This document shows positions 19,683 to 30,599 of a stretch of DNA of 64,000 nt, piece by piece. The notes beneath the pieces were generated by a model that searched no databases, was not told the DNA's origin, and worked only from the letters and a program-made list of their open reading frames with translations. The stretch is taken from NCBI GenBank assembly GCA_965218435.1, contig CBDCKW010000005.1, forward strand, positions 384,001 to 448,000, in the 5' to 3' direction. Source of the stretch: Truepera sp. (GTDB lineage Bacteria > Deinococcota > Deinococci > Deinococcales > Trueperaceae). Each line of letters starts with the position of its first letter. The first letter of the stretch is position 1. Both the position numbers and the translations under genes were made by a program.

Positions 19683-20810
19683 TCAGCCTAGACGCAACGG
19701 TAGCCGCATCACGCCGGAAAGCATGGAGCTCGGGAGCGGCTCTAATGGGGCGTCCTCGATCTGCCACAGTGGCAAGCGGTCGAGCACCGCGTTCAAGGCG
19801 ATGCTAGCCTCCAGCCGTGCCAGCGGCGCTCCCAGGCAAAAATGTACACCATTGCCGAACGCCAAGTGGCGGTTGGGGCTGCGCGCCGGATCGAAAGTGT
19901 CCGCCCGCTCGAACTGAGCCTCGTCGCGGTTGGCCGAACCGATCCAGCTTATGACTGGGCTGCCCGCCTCGATAACCTGCCCGCCCAACTCCACGTCCTG
20001 CGCCGCTACCCGTAACATGGACTGCACCGGCGAGCGGTGGCGCAAGGACTCCTCGATGCTGCTGCCCAGCAGCTCACGGTCGGCCAGCACCTGCTCATAC
20101 GCCCCAGGCGCGTCCCGCCAGCACAGCAGCGTGTTGGCCAGCAGATTGGTAGTGGTCTCGTTACCCGCCGCCAGCAGCAACATGCAGAAACCGAGAAGTT
20201 CCTGAGGGTCCAAGTGCTCGCCCCCCACCTGCGCCGCCATCAAGCCGCTGATCAGGTCCTCACCGGGGTTCGTGCGGCGCTCCTCGACCAAGCGGGCGAA
20301 ATAGGCACCCATCTCGCGGCTGCCGTTCGGGTCACTGTTCACCAGGGCGTCGGACCAGCGCTTGAAGTCGGCGCGTTCGGACGCAGGGATGCCCAGAATC
20401 TCCGCGATCACAATGACCGGCAGCGGCTCGGCGAAGTCGTGGATGAAGTCAATACGGCCCTGGCCCTCCACCTGTCCCAGCAATTCGTCGACCAACTCCT
20501 CAATGCGCGGTGCCAGGGCGCGCACCTGCTTGGGCGTAAAGACCTGCTCGACCAGCGCGCGCAACTGGCGGTGGCGCGGCGGATCGGTCGAGATCATACT
20601 CGAGGCGATGGCGTTCTCGACCGTCCGGTTGCGAGGCCCACTCCGCTCCGACGAGAAGGCCTTCCAGTCGGATAGGGTGCGCTGCACCCCGGCGTAGTCG
20701 AAGATCATCCACTTGCCGGACTGCGAGTCACGCACAACCGGCGAGCGTTCGCGCATCGCGGCGTACCAGGGAAACGGATTGAGAAGGGAAGAAGGTGCTG
20801 TTACGGTCAT
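19683..20810 (-). CDS. Cytochrome P450
   Basis: AGNETT, ExxR (ESLR) and heme motif FGNGVHFCLG. Confidence 0.97.
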   Translation of the reverse strand: MTVTAPSSLLNPFPWYAAMRERSPVVRDSQSGKWMIFDYAGVQRTLSDWKAFSSERSGPRNRTVENAIASSMISTDPPRHRQLRALVEQVFTPKQVRALAPRIEELVDELLGQVEGQGRIDFIHDFAEPLPVIVIAEILGIPASERADFKRWSDALVNSDPNGSREMGAYFARLVEERRTNPGEDLISGLMAAQVGGEHLDPQELLGFCMLLLAAGNETTTNLLANTLLCWRDAPGAYEQVLADRELLGSSIEESLRHRSPVQSMLRVAAQDVELGGQVIEAGSPVISWIGSANRDEAQFERADTFDPARSPNRHLAFGNGVHFCLGAPLARLEASIALNAVLDRLPLWQIEDAPLEPLPSSMLSGVMRLPLRLG

Positions 20811-20900
20811 AGGGTGTCCCCCCAGTCCTCTTTCCCTTGCCGTAGCGGTGCAAGATGTTGGATACGGTCAAGCATGGTCTCCTCATTTCTCTGACTAGAG

Positions 20901-22195
20901 TGGTCTTGGCCTGCACCTTTGGACAACCGAAGTATAACCTAAGCCGCCAGCGGAGCTAAAGCTGCTGGCGCTTGCGTCAAGCTTTCGTAAGCCTCCGGGG
21001 TCTGATAGCCCAGCGAGCTGTGCAACCGCTCACGGTTGTAGTAAATCTCGATAAACTCGAAGATGGCAGCGCGAGCCTCGTCTCGGGTAGCAAAGCGTTC
21101 CCGGGGATAAACCAGTTCCCTTTTGAGCGTCGCCCAGAAACTTTCGATCACGGAGTTATCGAAGCAAGCCCCCTTGCCGGTAAAACTGGCGCAGATGGCT
21201 TGGCTGGCAAGTTCTCTTTGATAGCGGTAACTGGTGTACTTGCTCCCTCGATCCGACTGCTGGATCAGTCCAGGCGCAGGCTTTCGCTTGGTGACAGCAC
21301 TCCGCAATGCTTGGACCACGAGGTCGGTCTTCATGTTGCCGTCCATAGCGTAGCCGACGATGCGCTTTAAAAAAACGTCGATCACGCCCGCTAAGTAAAG
21401 CCAGCCCTCATCGGTGGGGATGTAAGTAATTTCGACGTGCCAGAGCTGATTGATGGCGGTAATCTCGAGCCCTTCTTGCAGTAGATTGCGGGTTTCGGTG
21501 ACTTCGGGGCGTTCGCGTTTGGGACGGTACTTAGGGGTATTCACGGCACAAAGCCCTTCACGCCGCATCAGCCTTTTAACCCGGCCCAGCGAGCACGCCA
21601 CCCGCTGCTTGTTGAGTTCGGCGTGAACCCGAGGACTGCCGTAGCGTCCCTTGTGCTTGGTGAACACCGTTTTGATCTGCCCGAGCAGCGCGAGATTAGC
21701 CTTTTCGCGTTTACTTGGCACTTGCCGCCGAAGAGCATGGTAGTAACTGCTCTTCGGCACCCCCAGCACGTGACAAAGGACGCTGACCGGAAACTCGTTT
21801 TTGTGGGCTTCGATGAAGCCGCATTTCAGGTCGAGTGCCTCGCAAAATAAATGGCGGCCTTTTTTACAATCGTTAACTCCATCTCGAGTCGCTTCACCTC
21901 GCTCTACAAACGCCTTACCTCAGCCTCTGCCGCCGTCGGTTGCGCCCGCTTGTATCCCGGCAGCAAACGACCTTCACGGTATTGTCTACGCCAATTCGTG
22001 AGGTTCGCTTGCGGAATCCCCAGGCTATCAGCAGCTTCTGAAACGGTGTAGCCCTTCTCCTCGAGCAGTTTCACCGCGTCAACCTTAAACGCCATCGGAT
22101 ACTGCCTGACTACTCTTTTGCCCTCTGACATAATCTCTCTCCTTGGCAGGATTCTAGACCCTGCTAGTTTTGTCCAAGGAAATGAACCAAGACCA
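20901..22195 (-). mobile_element. IS3-family element, probably inactive
   Basis: TG...CA imperfect IRs (TGGTCTTGG..TTGGACA). orfA starts at 22131 with an internal stop at 21904, A6G slip site near 21860, orfB with first catalytic D replaced by E. No target duplication. Confidence 0.92.
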
Positions 22196-22476
22196 TTGCG
22201 GCTTGGGTTGAGCTGACGGTTCAGAACATCCCTGATACTCAAGTCGAGATTATCGAAGCCTTCAGGGCAGGCGACCGAATCGCGGTGAAGTGGGTATTTA
22301 GCGGTACGCCTGAGCGCATGGGACCCGTCGAAGGAACTGGGGCATCCTTTTCAGTCCCGGCCGTGTCGGTCTTGGAGTTGAAAGGCGACCTGATTGCTCG
22401 CTTAGGTGACTACTACAACCGCGCCGATGTCCTGGGACAGCTCGGCTACCCCGACCCATTTGCCGACCCTCAATGA
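22196..22476 (+). pseudogene. SnoaL-like ester cyclase fragment truncated by IS3
   Basis: GDRIAVKWVFSGT...DYYNRADVLGQLG with no start codon. Confidence 0.75.
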
Positions 22477-22525
22477 GGTTCAGACTCTAAAGCTCGCACG
22501 CTTCACGAAACGTACGGAGAAAGGA

Positions 22526-23569
22526 ATGACTATGGCAACCTCAAATCAATCCTCAAACCGAACAGCCCTCGTTTTAGGCGCGACTGGTGGCATCGGCGGC
22601 GAGACCGCCAACGCCCTCGAGCGTCACGGCTGGACCATCCGCGCCCTCTCCCGGCGGGGCAAGCCCGAACATGACCTCAGCGGCTGGGACTGGATCAAGG
22701 GTGACTCGATGGACCGAGCCTCTATCGTCGCCGCAGCGGAGGGTGTCCAGGCCATCGTCCACGCTGTAAACCCGCCCGGTTACAAAAACTGGGGTGAATT
22801 GGTGTTGCCGATGCTGGACAACACGGTTGCCGCCGCCCAAGCGAGTGGAGCCAGGATTCTGCTGCCGGGTACGGTTTACAACTACGGTACCGACGCTTTC
22901 CCCGTCCTTAAAGAAGACTCGCCGCAAAACGCCACGACCCACAAAGGAGAGATTCGTATCAACCTGGAGAAGAGGCTGAGGGACGCCGCTCAAGCGGGTG
23001 TCAAAACCCTCATCGTACGCTTCGGGGATTTTTTCGGACCCAACCCCGGCAGCAGTTGGTTTTCGCAAGGCATGGTCAAACCAGGAGGGCCACTTAAAAG
23101 CGTCAGCTATCCCGGCAAAAAAGGTATCGGTCATGCCTGGGCGTATCTGCCCGACGCGGGCGAGACCTTCGCGCAGCTTATGGGTCGTGAAGGAGGACTC
23201 GAGACCTTCGCTCGCTTTCACTTCGGCGGGCACTACGATCCGGACAGCACGCGGATGATAGCGGCTATCCGTGAGGTGGTAGGCAAACCTTCGCTACCGG
23301 TGAGGCCGATCCCCTGGTTCATCTTTCGGATAGGTGGCCTGTTTAACGAAACGATGCGTGAGCTTTACAAGGTGCGCCCTTTGTGGGAAACAACCGTTAA
23401 ACTTGACAATACGCGGCTCGTTCACTTTCTCGGTCAAGAACTTCACACGCCCTGGGACGAGGCTCTGAAAACTACCCTCGTCGGCCTGGGCTGCCTACCG
23501 CCCGAGGCTGCTAACAAAACATCTCAAGCACCTTTTTCCTCGCTCAAAGAAGAAAACGGTAGCCGTTAA
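22526..23569 (+). CDS. NAD-dependent epimerase/dehydratase family protein
   Basis: LGATGGIGG, PGTVYNYG and HAWAYLPD motifs. Confidence 0.9.
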   Translation: MTMATSNQSSNRTALVLGATGGIGGETANALERHGWTIRALSRRGKPEHDLSGWDWIKGDSMDRASIVAAAEGVQAIVHAVNPPGYKNWGELVLPMLDNTVAAAQASGARILLPGTVYNYGTDAFPVLKEDSPQNATTHKGEIRINLEKRLRDAAQAGVKTLIVRFGDFFGPNPGSSWFSQGMVKPGGPLKSVSYPGKKGIGHAWAYLPDAGETFAQLMGREGGLETFARFHFGGHYDPDSTRMIAAIREVVGKPSLPVRPIPWFIFRIGGLFNETMRELYKVRPLWETTVKLDNTRLVHFLGQELHTPWDEALKTTLVGLGCLPPEAANKTSQAPFSSLKEENGSR

Positions 23570-23658
23570 GGGGTCCAGGTATAGCGATTACACCACAAGC
23601 TTACTCGAGCTGTACCCTGCCGAACATGAGACCTGACCTGGCACCAACCTTGCGGTCC

Positions 23659-24249
23659 TTACTTCTCTTGCAACAGCCCGGACGCAAGATGCTTAAAGAC
23701 GTCGACCGCCTTGATAAAAATAGCGTGGGGGTCATCGGCGGCTGCAATTCGGAGTGAAGCGTTAAGCGCCGCCCCGTTAAGCAGTAGTGCGGCAGCTTCC
23801 GCGTCAACCGGTTTAAGTGTGCCCTCGTCAATCAGCGTTTGTATAAGGTTCGTTACTCGGCGGAGGCACGCGGTCTGGTTGGGCCACCCCGCCGGATCCC
23901 CGAGGACGGCGGGTCCGTCGAGCAGCATGATGCGCTGGATTTCTGGCTCTAGAGCCATCTCGATATAGACAATGTTTTCAGCCAAAAAGCCGAGCCATAA
24001 GGTCTCCGCTCGATCGTGCGCGGCGTACATTCGAGCAAGCATCTCCTCGTCAAGCTGGTCAACGACAGCCCGTAGTAAACCCTTTTTGTCGCCGAAGTTG
24101 TGGTAGAGCGCCCCGCGCGTTAATCCTACTTCGGCGGTCAGCTCGTCCATCGACGCTGCGACGTAGCCTTGGGTCGCAAAAGCTTTCCGAGCCGCCTGAA
24201 TGAGCTTGGCCCGGGTCGCCTCCATCTGCGTGTGTCGCTTCGTCATCAT
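23659..24249 (-). CDS. TetR family regulator
   Basis: GLTRGALYHNFGDK HTH. Confidence 0.95.
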   Translation of the reverse strand: MMTKRHTQMEATRAKLIQAARKAFATQGYVAASMDELTAEVGLTRGALYHNFGDKKGLLRAVVDQLDEEMLARMYAAHDRAETLWLGFLAENIVYIEMALEPEIQRIMLLDGPAVLGDPAGWPNQTACLRRVTNLIQTLIDEGTLKPVDAEAAALLLNGAALNASLRIAAADDPHAIFIKAVDVFKHLASGLLQEK

Positions 24250-24275
24250 CTCCTACCAGTGTATACGGTTGAACC

Positions 24276-24323
24276 TTGACATACGCGCCGTATGTTGTAA
24301 TACTTTGGCATACGCGGCGTATG
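24276..24323. promoter_or_regulatory. Twin TetR operators overlapping a TTGACA box
   Basis: CATACG-N3-CGTATG at 24280 and 24309. Confidence 0.8.
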
Positions 24324-24377
24324 TTAAAGAAGACTGCGTGGAAGCTCGGCAATTTGGTTTTGACAAGGAGTGAAGTG

Positions 24378-24791
24378 ATGAGCAAACGTGATGCAATTTT
24401 CCCTGTTCGTCAGCAGGCTTTATACGACATAAACAGCTATTCGGCAGCAATTCGCTCAGGCGATCTGTTATTCGTCTCAGGACAGGTCGGTAGCCATGAG
24501 GATGGGTCGCCTGAGACGGACTTCGGCAAGCAGGTCGCGCTTGCGTTCGACAATCTCAGCGAAGTTTTGCAAGCAGCCGGGTGTACCTTCGACGATATTG
24601 TGGATGTGACGACTTTCCATACCGACCCCGAAGCGCAGTTCGAGAGAGTCATGGTCGTCAAGCAAAAGGCGTTCGGTAGGCCGCCCTATCCAAACTGGAC
24701 GGCGGTAGGGGTGAACTGGCTCGCTGGCTTTGATTTTGAAATCAAGGTCATCGCGCGTATTCCTGAGTCTAGAATTCCTGGGGCTAGCTGA
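24378..24791 (+). CDS. RidA/YjgF family protein
   Basis: YSAAIRSGDLLFVSGQVG and FEIKVIA motifs. Confidence 0.92.
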   Translation: MSKRDAIFPVRQQALYDINSYSAAIRSGDLLFVSGQVGSHEDGSPETDFGKQVALAFDNLSEVLQAAGCTFDDIVDVTTFHTDPEAQFERVMVVKQKAFGRPPYPNWTAVGVNWLAGFDFEIKVIARIPESRIPGAS

Positions 24792-24901
24792 GCGGTTTGT
24801 GCCGTGACATGGTCGGAGACAGAGAATCTTTGGTGGATCTCGCCACGGTTGTCAGTCTACTGCGTCCCGACCGAAGACTTGTTTGAACAAAGGAGAGGCA
24901 C

Positions 24902-25249
24902 ATGTCAGAGCAAAACAAAGCGATTTTAGAAAAGGGCAACGCAGCTATTGCTGAAGGCGACAATGAGGGATTCTTGTCTTTTTGCGCCGACGATACGGTA
25001 TGGACGTTTGTAGGCGACAAGACCCTTAGAGGAAAAGAGGCGGTTCGCCAGTGGATGGCAACGGAGTATGTCGAGCCGCCCAAAAACACGGTCACGAATT
25101 TAATCGCTGAGGGTGATCTTCTTACGGCACTCGGCGATATCACCGTAAAAGACGAGGACGGGAAGGCGGCTCACTACGCGTACTGCGACGTCTGGCGTTT
25201 TCGCAGTGGTAAGATTGTTGAATTAAGAGCTTTTGTCATAAAAACCTAG
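24902..25249 (+). CDS. NTF2/SnoaL-like protein
   Basis: NKAIL..GD.EGFL..LRGKEAV..YCDVWRF pattern. Confidence 0.85.
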   Translation: MSEQNKAILEKGNAAIAEGDNEGFLSFCADDTVWTFVGDKTLRGKEAVRQWMATEYVEPPKNTVTNLIAEGDLLTALGDITVKDEDGKAAHYAYCDVWRFRSGKIVELRAFVIKT

Positions 25250-25616
25250 TGCGACGAGGAGGCTTAGTAAGGTCACGGCATCCCCCATTCTGCTTATTGG
25301 CAGTTCCGGCGTCATCGGTCGCTTGAAGGCAAGCTGTCGGCGACGTGCAGGCTGACTTTAGTGCCGATCCAGACGCTGCAGGGAACGGTGGCAAAGCCCG
25401 CCGCCACTGAGCTTGGTCGTTATGCGGTCATTGAGCGCGTTCAGGGCAAATCCTTTATGCGTCTGTCGGGCCGGTTAAACGCGTAAGAGTTTCGGTATTG
25501 ATCGCTGAAAACTACTCGGTGGGCCTATGTAACGGAGGAAAGGACATGAAGGTGCCGATCTCGCTGAGATCGGCACCAAGCTCATCACTGTCGTACACTT
25601 ATCCCCAATCAGCCGT

Positions 25617-26579
25617 TCAGTCAGCCCTCCCCCCATCGGTGAAACGCGGTTCCGCCGCTTCCAGTCGCGGTACCGAGACACCCAACCGTCGTGCCTCCGC
25701 TAGGGTGTCTCGGCAGATCTCACGCGGCTCCTTGGCCTCGAGATCGGCGTGCGCCTCAAAATTTACGCGCACCGGCGGGAAATGGGCGAGCAGCCAGGCG
25801 AGCGCGGGGGCCGTTAGCCAGGTGGGCGCACGGAACGGCAGCACACCACCCCGGTGTCGCCGCAGGTCGACGCCGCGCGCCTCAAGGAGCGGCAACAGCT
25901 CGCGACTCGTCAGCAGCGCCTCGCGCAAGTCGCCCGTCGCCCCGACCAGCTTGGCTAACGACCCCAGCCTCAGGCCCTGCGAGTGCAGGCCCGCGTCCGA
26001 CACGAAGTGGAGCCACAGCCAGCCGCGGAAGTCGGGTTGCTCCTGGAGCCGGAAGCCGGCGTCGCGAAACGCCTGGCGCACGGCCCGCTCACGTTCGGTC
26101 GGAGGCTGGCCGAAGGTGCCGAAGATGACCGACGGCAGCACTGTCCCGCGGAGCACGCCGTCCTCGCCGAAGCCGCCGCCGGCTTGGGGAAAGCCCCAGG
26201 CGACCTGGTCGAGGGGAAGGGGGCTGATCGCGGCCTGCGGCTCGGACCAGATGTTGCTGAAGACCAGCACGGTCGCGTTGCCGACGCGCGGTGCCAGGAA
26301 GGCGGCTGCCTCCGCGAGCCGGTAGTGCGGCACGCTCAACACGATCAGGTCGAAATCGTGGTCTGGCTCTAGCACCTCGCGGTAGCGCACCGACCATTTC
26401 CGGACGATGCGCTGCCCCCACACGCGTCGCCGCGCATCGAGCAGATCGAGGTTGATCGTTTCCCCGTATACCGCCGTGCGGCCCGGCCGGACATAGAACT
26501 CGATGTCATGTCCGGCCTGTTCCAAGGCCCAGCCGTACATGGTGGCGATCACGCCTCGTCCGAACATCAGGATCTTCAT
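25617..26579 (-). CDS. Ketopantoate reductase family protein
   Basis: MKILMFGRGVI Rossmann start, GFPQAGG. Confidence 0.8.
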   Translation of the reverse strand: MKILMFGRGVIATMYGWALEQAGHDIEFYVRPGRTAVYGETINLDLLDARRRVWGQRIVRKWSVRYREVLEPDHDFDLIVLSVPHYRLAEAAAFLAPRVGNATVLVFSNIWSEPQAAISPLPLDQVAWGFPQAGGGFGEDGVLRGTVLPSVIFGTFGQPPTERERAVRQAFRDAGFRLQEQPDFRGWLWLHFVSDAGLHSQGLRLGSLAKLVGATGDLREALLTSRELLPLLEARGVDLRRHRGGVLPFRAPTWLTAPALAWLLAHFPPVRVNFEAHADLEAKEPREICRDTLAEARRLGVSVPRLEAAEPRFTDGGRAD

Positions 26580-26607
26580 GCTGCTCCTCATGGTGTACAA
26601 TTGAATC

Positions 26608-26647
26608 GGAGGTTATCTCCACTTACAAGAATATGGAGATTGTTTCC
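26608..26647. promoter_or_regulatory. Twin TetR operator-like palindromes
   Basis: GGAG-N5-CTCC at 26608 and GGAG-N5-TTCC at 26635, between divergent genes. Confidence 0.6.
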
Positions 26648-26669
26648 GTTTGTCAACACGAGGTATCTT

Positions 26670-27281
26670 ATGACCGCGCCCAAGCCGTTACGTGCAGACG
26701 CCCAACGCAACCGCGAGGCCTTGCTGGCCAAGGCCCGAGAGCTATTCGACGCCGGAGACTTCGACCTGCGGTTCGATGATTTCGCCCGTTTGGCCGGTGT
26801 GGGCATCGGCACACTGTACCGCCATTTTCCTACCCGAGAGGCGCTGGCCGAGGCGGTCTACCACGAGGAGATCGCCACGCTGTGCGACCGAGCCTGCCAG
26901 TTGCAGGCCACGCTTCCCGCAGAGGAGGCCTTGATGACCTTTCTGCGTGGCATGGTCGGCCACATGGATGCCCATCAGGGGCTCGCCCGGACACTGGCCA
27001 CGCTGATGGCCACCCGCTCGGGTGCCCTCGCTGAGGGCAGTCAAGTGCTAGAACGAACCGTCACTAAGCTGGTGGCCGCCGCCGTGAGAGACGGTGCGAT
27101 CCGCGACGACGTAGGGGCCGGTGCCGTCATGATGGTTTTACATGGCGTCAGTGCGGCCCGTGACCACCCTGGTTGGCGGGCCACGGCCGACGGTGTCATC
27201 ACCCTCATGCTAGACGGGCTGCGCTGGCCGTATTCAGACGGTAGTCAGCGTGAGCGCGGGCAAGAGAATGTCGGCGAGTAG
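26670..27281 (+). CDS. TetR family regulator
   Basis: LRADAQRNR and GVGIGTLYRHFPTRE motifs. Confidence 0.92.
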   Translation: MTAPKPLRADAQRNREALLAKARELFDAGDFDLRFDDFARLAGVGIGTLYRHFPTREALAEAVYHEEIATLCDRACQLQATLPAEEALMTFLRGMVGHMDAHQGLARTLATLMATRSGALAEGSQVLERTVTKLVAAAVRDGAIRDDVGAGAVMMVLHGVSAARDHPGWRATADGVITLMLDGLRWPYSDGSQRERGQENVGE

Positions 27282-27284
27282 CTG

Positions 27285-27510
27285 AGCATCCACGGCAGCC
27301 GAACGAAGCCGAGGAAGTGCTGAGCCTCATGCTCGTCGCGGGCGCGGACCCGTCGGAAGGACCGAAGCCAAACGATGGTCCGTTCCACCTTCCAGCAACG
27401 TTGGTAGCGTCTCAGCGGGCGTCCATCCCGGGTTTTGCGTTTCCTGTTCTTCCGGTTGAGGGCGATCATCAAGGTGCCGATCTCCGCGAGATCGGCACCG
27501 AGTCCATCAC
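27285..27510 (-). mobile_element. IS5-family transposase C-terminal remnant
   Basis: DGRPLRRYQRCWKVERT, similar to the copy at 59334-59816. Confidence 0.75.
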
Positions 27511-27849
27511 TAAGGAAGGCTCGTCTTGAGCCGCTCGCGGCGTCGGAGCCCTGCTGACATTACTTCCTTGGGTCGGTGGTGGAACCTCCGGGTGGCGGGT
27601 GCCCCGGTCGTCTGGTTAGTCGAGGCGAGGGCGATTCATCGCAAGCTTTCAGGTGATCCCTGCGTCAAGGCACACGCCCGGGCACATCTCGCGGCGGCGG
27701 GTCATGTACCGACGAAGCGCTTGCCAAGGCGTGCGGGCCTATCTACAGGAAGGTCGGTCGGACACGACTTCAAGAATCGGTCACAAGCGCGGGCAGTCGC
27801 TGAAAACCTGTCCGTGCGAGGATGCCGGTCGGCAGAAGGAGCCTGAGGA

Positions 27850-28946
27850 ATGAACCCCGTGTACATCCACCGGCTCGCGACCGCCGTGCCGCCCTACGCG
27901 GTGCCGCAGACGCACGCCCGCGACACCCTCAAGGTGCGGCTCGACGACCGTTTGGCGCAGCGCCTGATCCACCGCCTCTACACCCAGTCGGGCATCGACA
28001 CGCGCTACAGCGTCGTCCCGGACTTCGCCCCGGACAGCCCGCAAGGCGCGCCGCACCGCGGGTTGTTCCTGAACGAGCAGGGCTACGCCGCGCCGAGCAC
28101 GAAGGTCCGCAACGACCTCTACACCGCAGCGGCGCGGCCCCTTTTCAAGGAGGCCGCCGAAAAGGCTCTGGCGGATTCCGGCTTTTCCCCAGGCGAGGTG
28201 ACGCACGTCGTCACAGTGTCGTGCACCAGCTTTTTCGCGCCGGGGCCGGACTACTTTCTGGTCCGCGACCTCTGCCTGCGCCCCGACACGCAGCACTTCC
28301 ACGTCGGCTTCATGGGCTGCTACGCAGCCTTTCCGGCGCTCAAGATGGCCAAGGCGTTTTGTCAGGCGGACGAGCGCGCGGTCGTGCTCGTCGTGTCGCT
28401 CGAGCTGTGCACCCTGCACCTGCAGCTCGGCGGCGACCCGGACGGGCTATTGGCGAGTTCGGTCTTCGCCGACGGCGCAGCGGCGGCTTTGGTCAGTGCT
28501 CGAACCCCGGCGGGTCCGGCGTTCGAGCTCAACGCTCTCGCGACGACCCTGACCGAGGACGGCGAGGGGGACATGGCGTGGTCGGTCGGCGACCAAGGGT
28601 TCGACATCGTGTTGTCGAGCTACGTCCCCGAAATTCTGGAGGCGAACATCGGCGCGGCGCTTTCGCCCCTCTTTGCCGAGTACGGTTTGGAGCCCGCCGA
28701 CCTCGAGCGCTGGGCCGTGCACCCCGGCGGGCGATTCTGGACAAGGTCGAGAAGGGGCTGAACCTGCCGGAGACGGCGCTGACCCCCTCCCGCGAAATTT
28801 TGCGCTACTGCGGCAACATGAGCAGCGCGACGGTGCTGTTCGTCCTGCAGAAAGTTCTCGAGAACTCGAAACGCGGTGAGCGCGTCTGTTCGGTCGCCTT
28901 CGGCCCCGGCCTGACGGTCGAGAGTGCGCTGCTGACGCGCTGCTAG
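27850..28946 (+). pseudogene. Type III polyketide synthase, frameshift near 28730
   Basis: GFMGCYA and HPGG in the first frame. AILDKV..GNMSSATVLF..FGPGL in the second frame. Confidence 0.93.
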
Positions 28947-28996
28947 TACCGCTGGTCTTGCGGCAGTGAGTGACAGGGTTGCTCGAGCGGATGGAC

Positions 28997-29074
28997 ACCT
29001 AACGTGCGATTTGCAGAAGCTGCAGGCGACCTATGCGCGGTTCGGGACGGTCAACCGGATTTTCTACGTTAGGA
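28997..29074 (+). other. Degenerate attC-like site
   Basis: ACCTAAC...GTTAGGA with an 8-bp end match CCTAACGT/ACGTTAGG. Inner boxes are weak. Confidence 0.35.
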
Positions 29075-29282
29075 CCACGCACGCGGGGACACGGAGGTGC
29101 CCTCGTGCATAAGGCCCCACCGAGTTACTTCGGCCGAGCTGGGCCGCCGAGGTGTCCGACGCAGCCTAGCGTCCCATATGGTGTGGTCTCGGGCTGCTTT
29201 CAAGAAGACCCGAGAGGCGTTTGTTGTGTTGGGCGGGCGGAAGCTGCCAATGCCGAAGCAACCAAAGCTGGGGTTACGGTGG

Positions 29283-30146
29283 TCAGGTGGAAGCGGGCGT
29301 TTGCGCTCCGACGAGCGAGCTGATTCGCTCGTCGTCTGCCAGGGTTGTCGGAGTGTAGATTACCATGCCGAGGTCAGGCTGGCCGTCAACTGCAAAAGCT
29401 GAATACTCGAGCGCGATCACTCCGACTAGCGGATGCCGCAGACATTTGCTACCCTCGCCGTAGGTACGCACTTCGTTGTCATGCCACATCGCTCTGAATT
29501 CGGCGCTGAGCCCGCTAAGCTCATCAACCAGGGCTTGACCCTCACTCATCAAGGCCCCGGTTCGCGCTGCCTCCGCTCGAAACGCCGCCACCATGAACCG
29601 GGCCTCACTCTCCCAATCCGAAGTTTTGGTCCGAACGTCAGGGTCACGAAAGAAAAGGCGCAAGATGTTACGCTGCTCGGCCAGGAGTGCGCCGTAGTCA
29701 GTCAGTACCGCGGCGGCGGCGCGGTTCCAGGCAACCACATCCCAGGTGGAGGTCTTCAGATAGGCCGGGCTGAGTTCCAGCGCGTCGATCACACGTTGAA
29801 GGCGCGGGGTGGCCTCCTCGGCCGCCCGGTAATAGACCTCCGGTGGCCGGTGCTGCGCCAGCAAGAAGAGATGCTCGCGCTCGACCGCCGTCAGCGCCAG
29901 CGCCTCAGCGATCTGCTCGAGCACGGCTGCGGAGGGTGTCCCGCCGCGCCCCTGCTCGAGCCAGGTGTACCAGGTCGCGCTCACGCCGGCACGCTGGGCC
30001 ACCTCTTCACGCCGCAGCTCGGGCGTCCGCCGCCGCGTTTTGGAAATGTCGTAGGCTGCCGGATCGAGCCTAGCGCGGCAAGCCTTTAAGTAGGTGCCAA
30101 GCGGGTTGTCGTCCGTACCGGTCCCGCTCAGCCTGTTAGTCGCCAT
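29283..30146 (-). CDS. XRE/MmyB-family regulator
   Basis: RRTPELRREEVA..WYTWLEQGR, RNILRLFF. Confidence 0.92.
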   Translation of the reverse strand: MATNRLSGTGTDDNPLGTYLKACRARLDPAAYDISKTRRRTPELRREEVAQRAGVSATWYTWLEQGRGGTPSAAVLEQIAEALALTAVEREHLFLLAQHRPPEVYYRAAEEATPRLQRVIDALELSPAYLKTSTWDVVAWNRAAAAVLTDYGALLAEQRNILRLFFRDPDVRTKTSDWESEARFMVAAFRAEAARTGALMSEGQALVDELSGLSAEFRAMWHDNEVRTYGEGSKCLRHPLVGVIALEYSAFAVDGQPDLGMVIYTPTTLADDERISSLVGAQTPAST

Positions 30147-30200
30147 ACCGGTATTGTGCCACGACTTGTATGGTGAGCGCCACAGGTCAATAATAGCGAA

Positions 30201-30430
30201 GTGCGTGTTTTTTTAACCGGCGCAACTGGCTTTATCGGTTCTGCGGTCGTCCAAGAGCTGATCGGCGCGGGCCACCAAGTGCTCGGTCTCGCCCGCTCGG
30301 GAGCGTCCGTCCGCTCGCTCACCGGCTTGAGTGGACCGCAGACGGCGCACGAAGGCAGCGACGCGATCGTGTACCTGGCCCCGGTCGGCACCGACGGCCC
30401 CACCGGCACCGACATCAACATCTCCAGGAG
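30201..30430 (+). pseudogene. Chimeric remnant: epimerase-type SDR N-terminus fused to another SDR C-terminus
   Basis: [14 protein letters not shown]... joined near 30325 to [22 protein letters not shown]. Confidence 0.7.
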
Positions 30431-30599
30431 GCACAGGCGTGACCATCCGAGCTCCGCGCGGTCCACCGGTCGTCGAAGTTCAGAAGCGTCGCGGGGATTG
30501 CTCTACCGAAAGACCGATCTCTAAGCCTTGACCGACGATCCTGCGGACTCCGCCGAAACCCGCACCCGACTGACTCTCACAAAACGAAAGGGACATCAA

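Noticed and set aside
19683..28946. P450 plus type III PKS as one biosynthetic cluster
   Set aside because: They are 7 kb apart, separated by IS elements and unrelated regulator-enzyme pairs.
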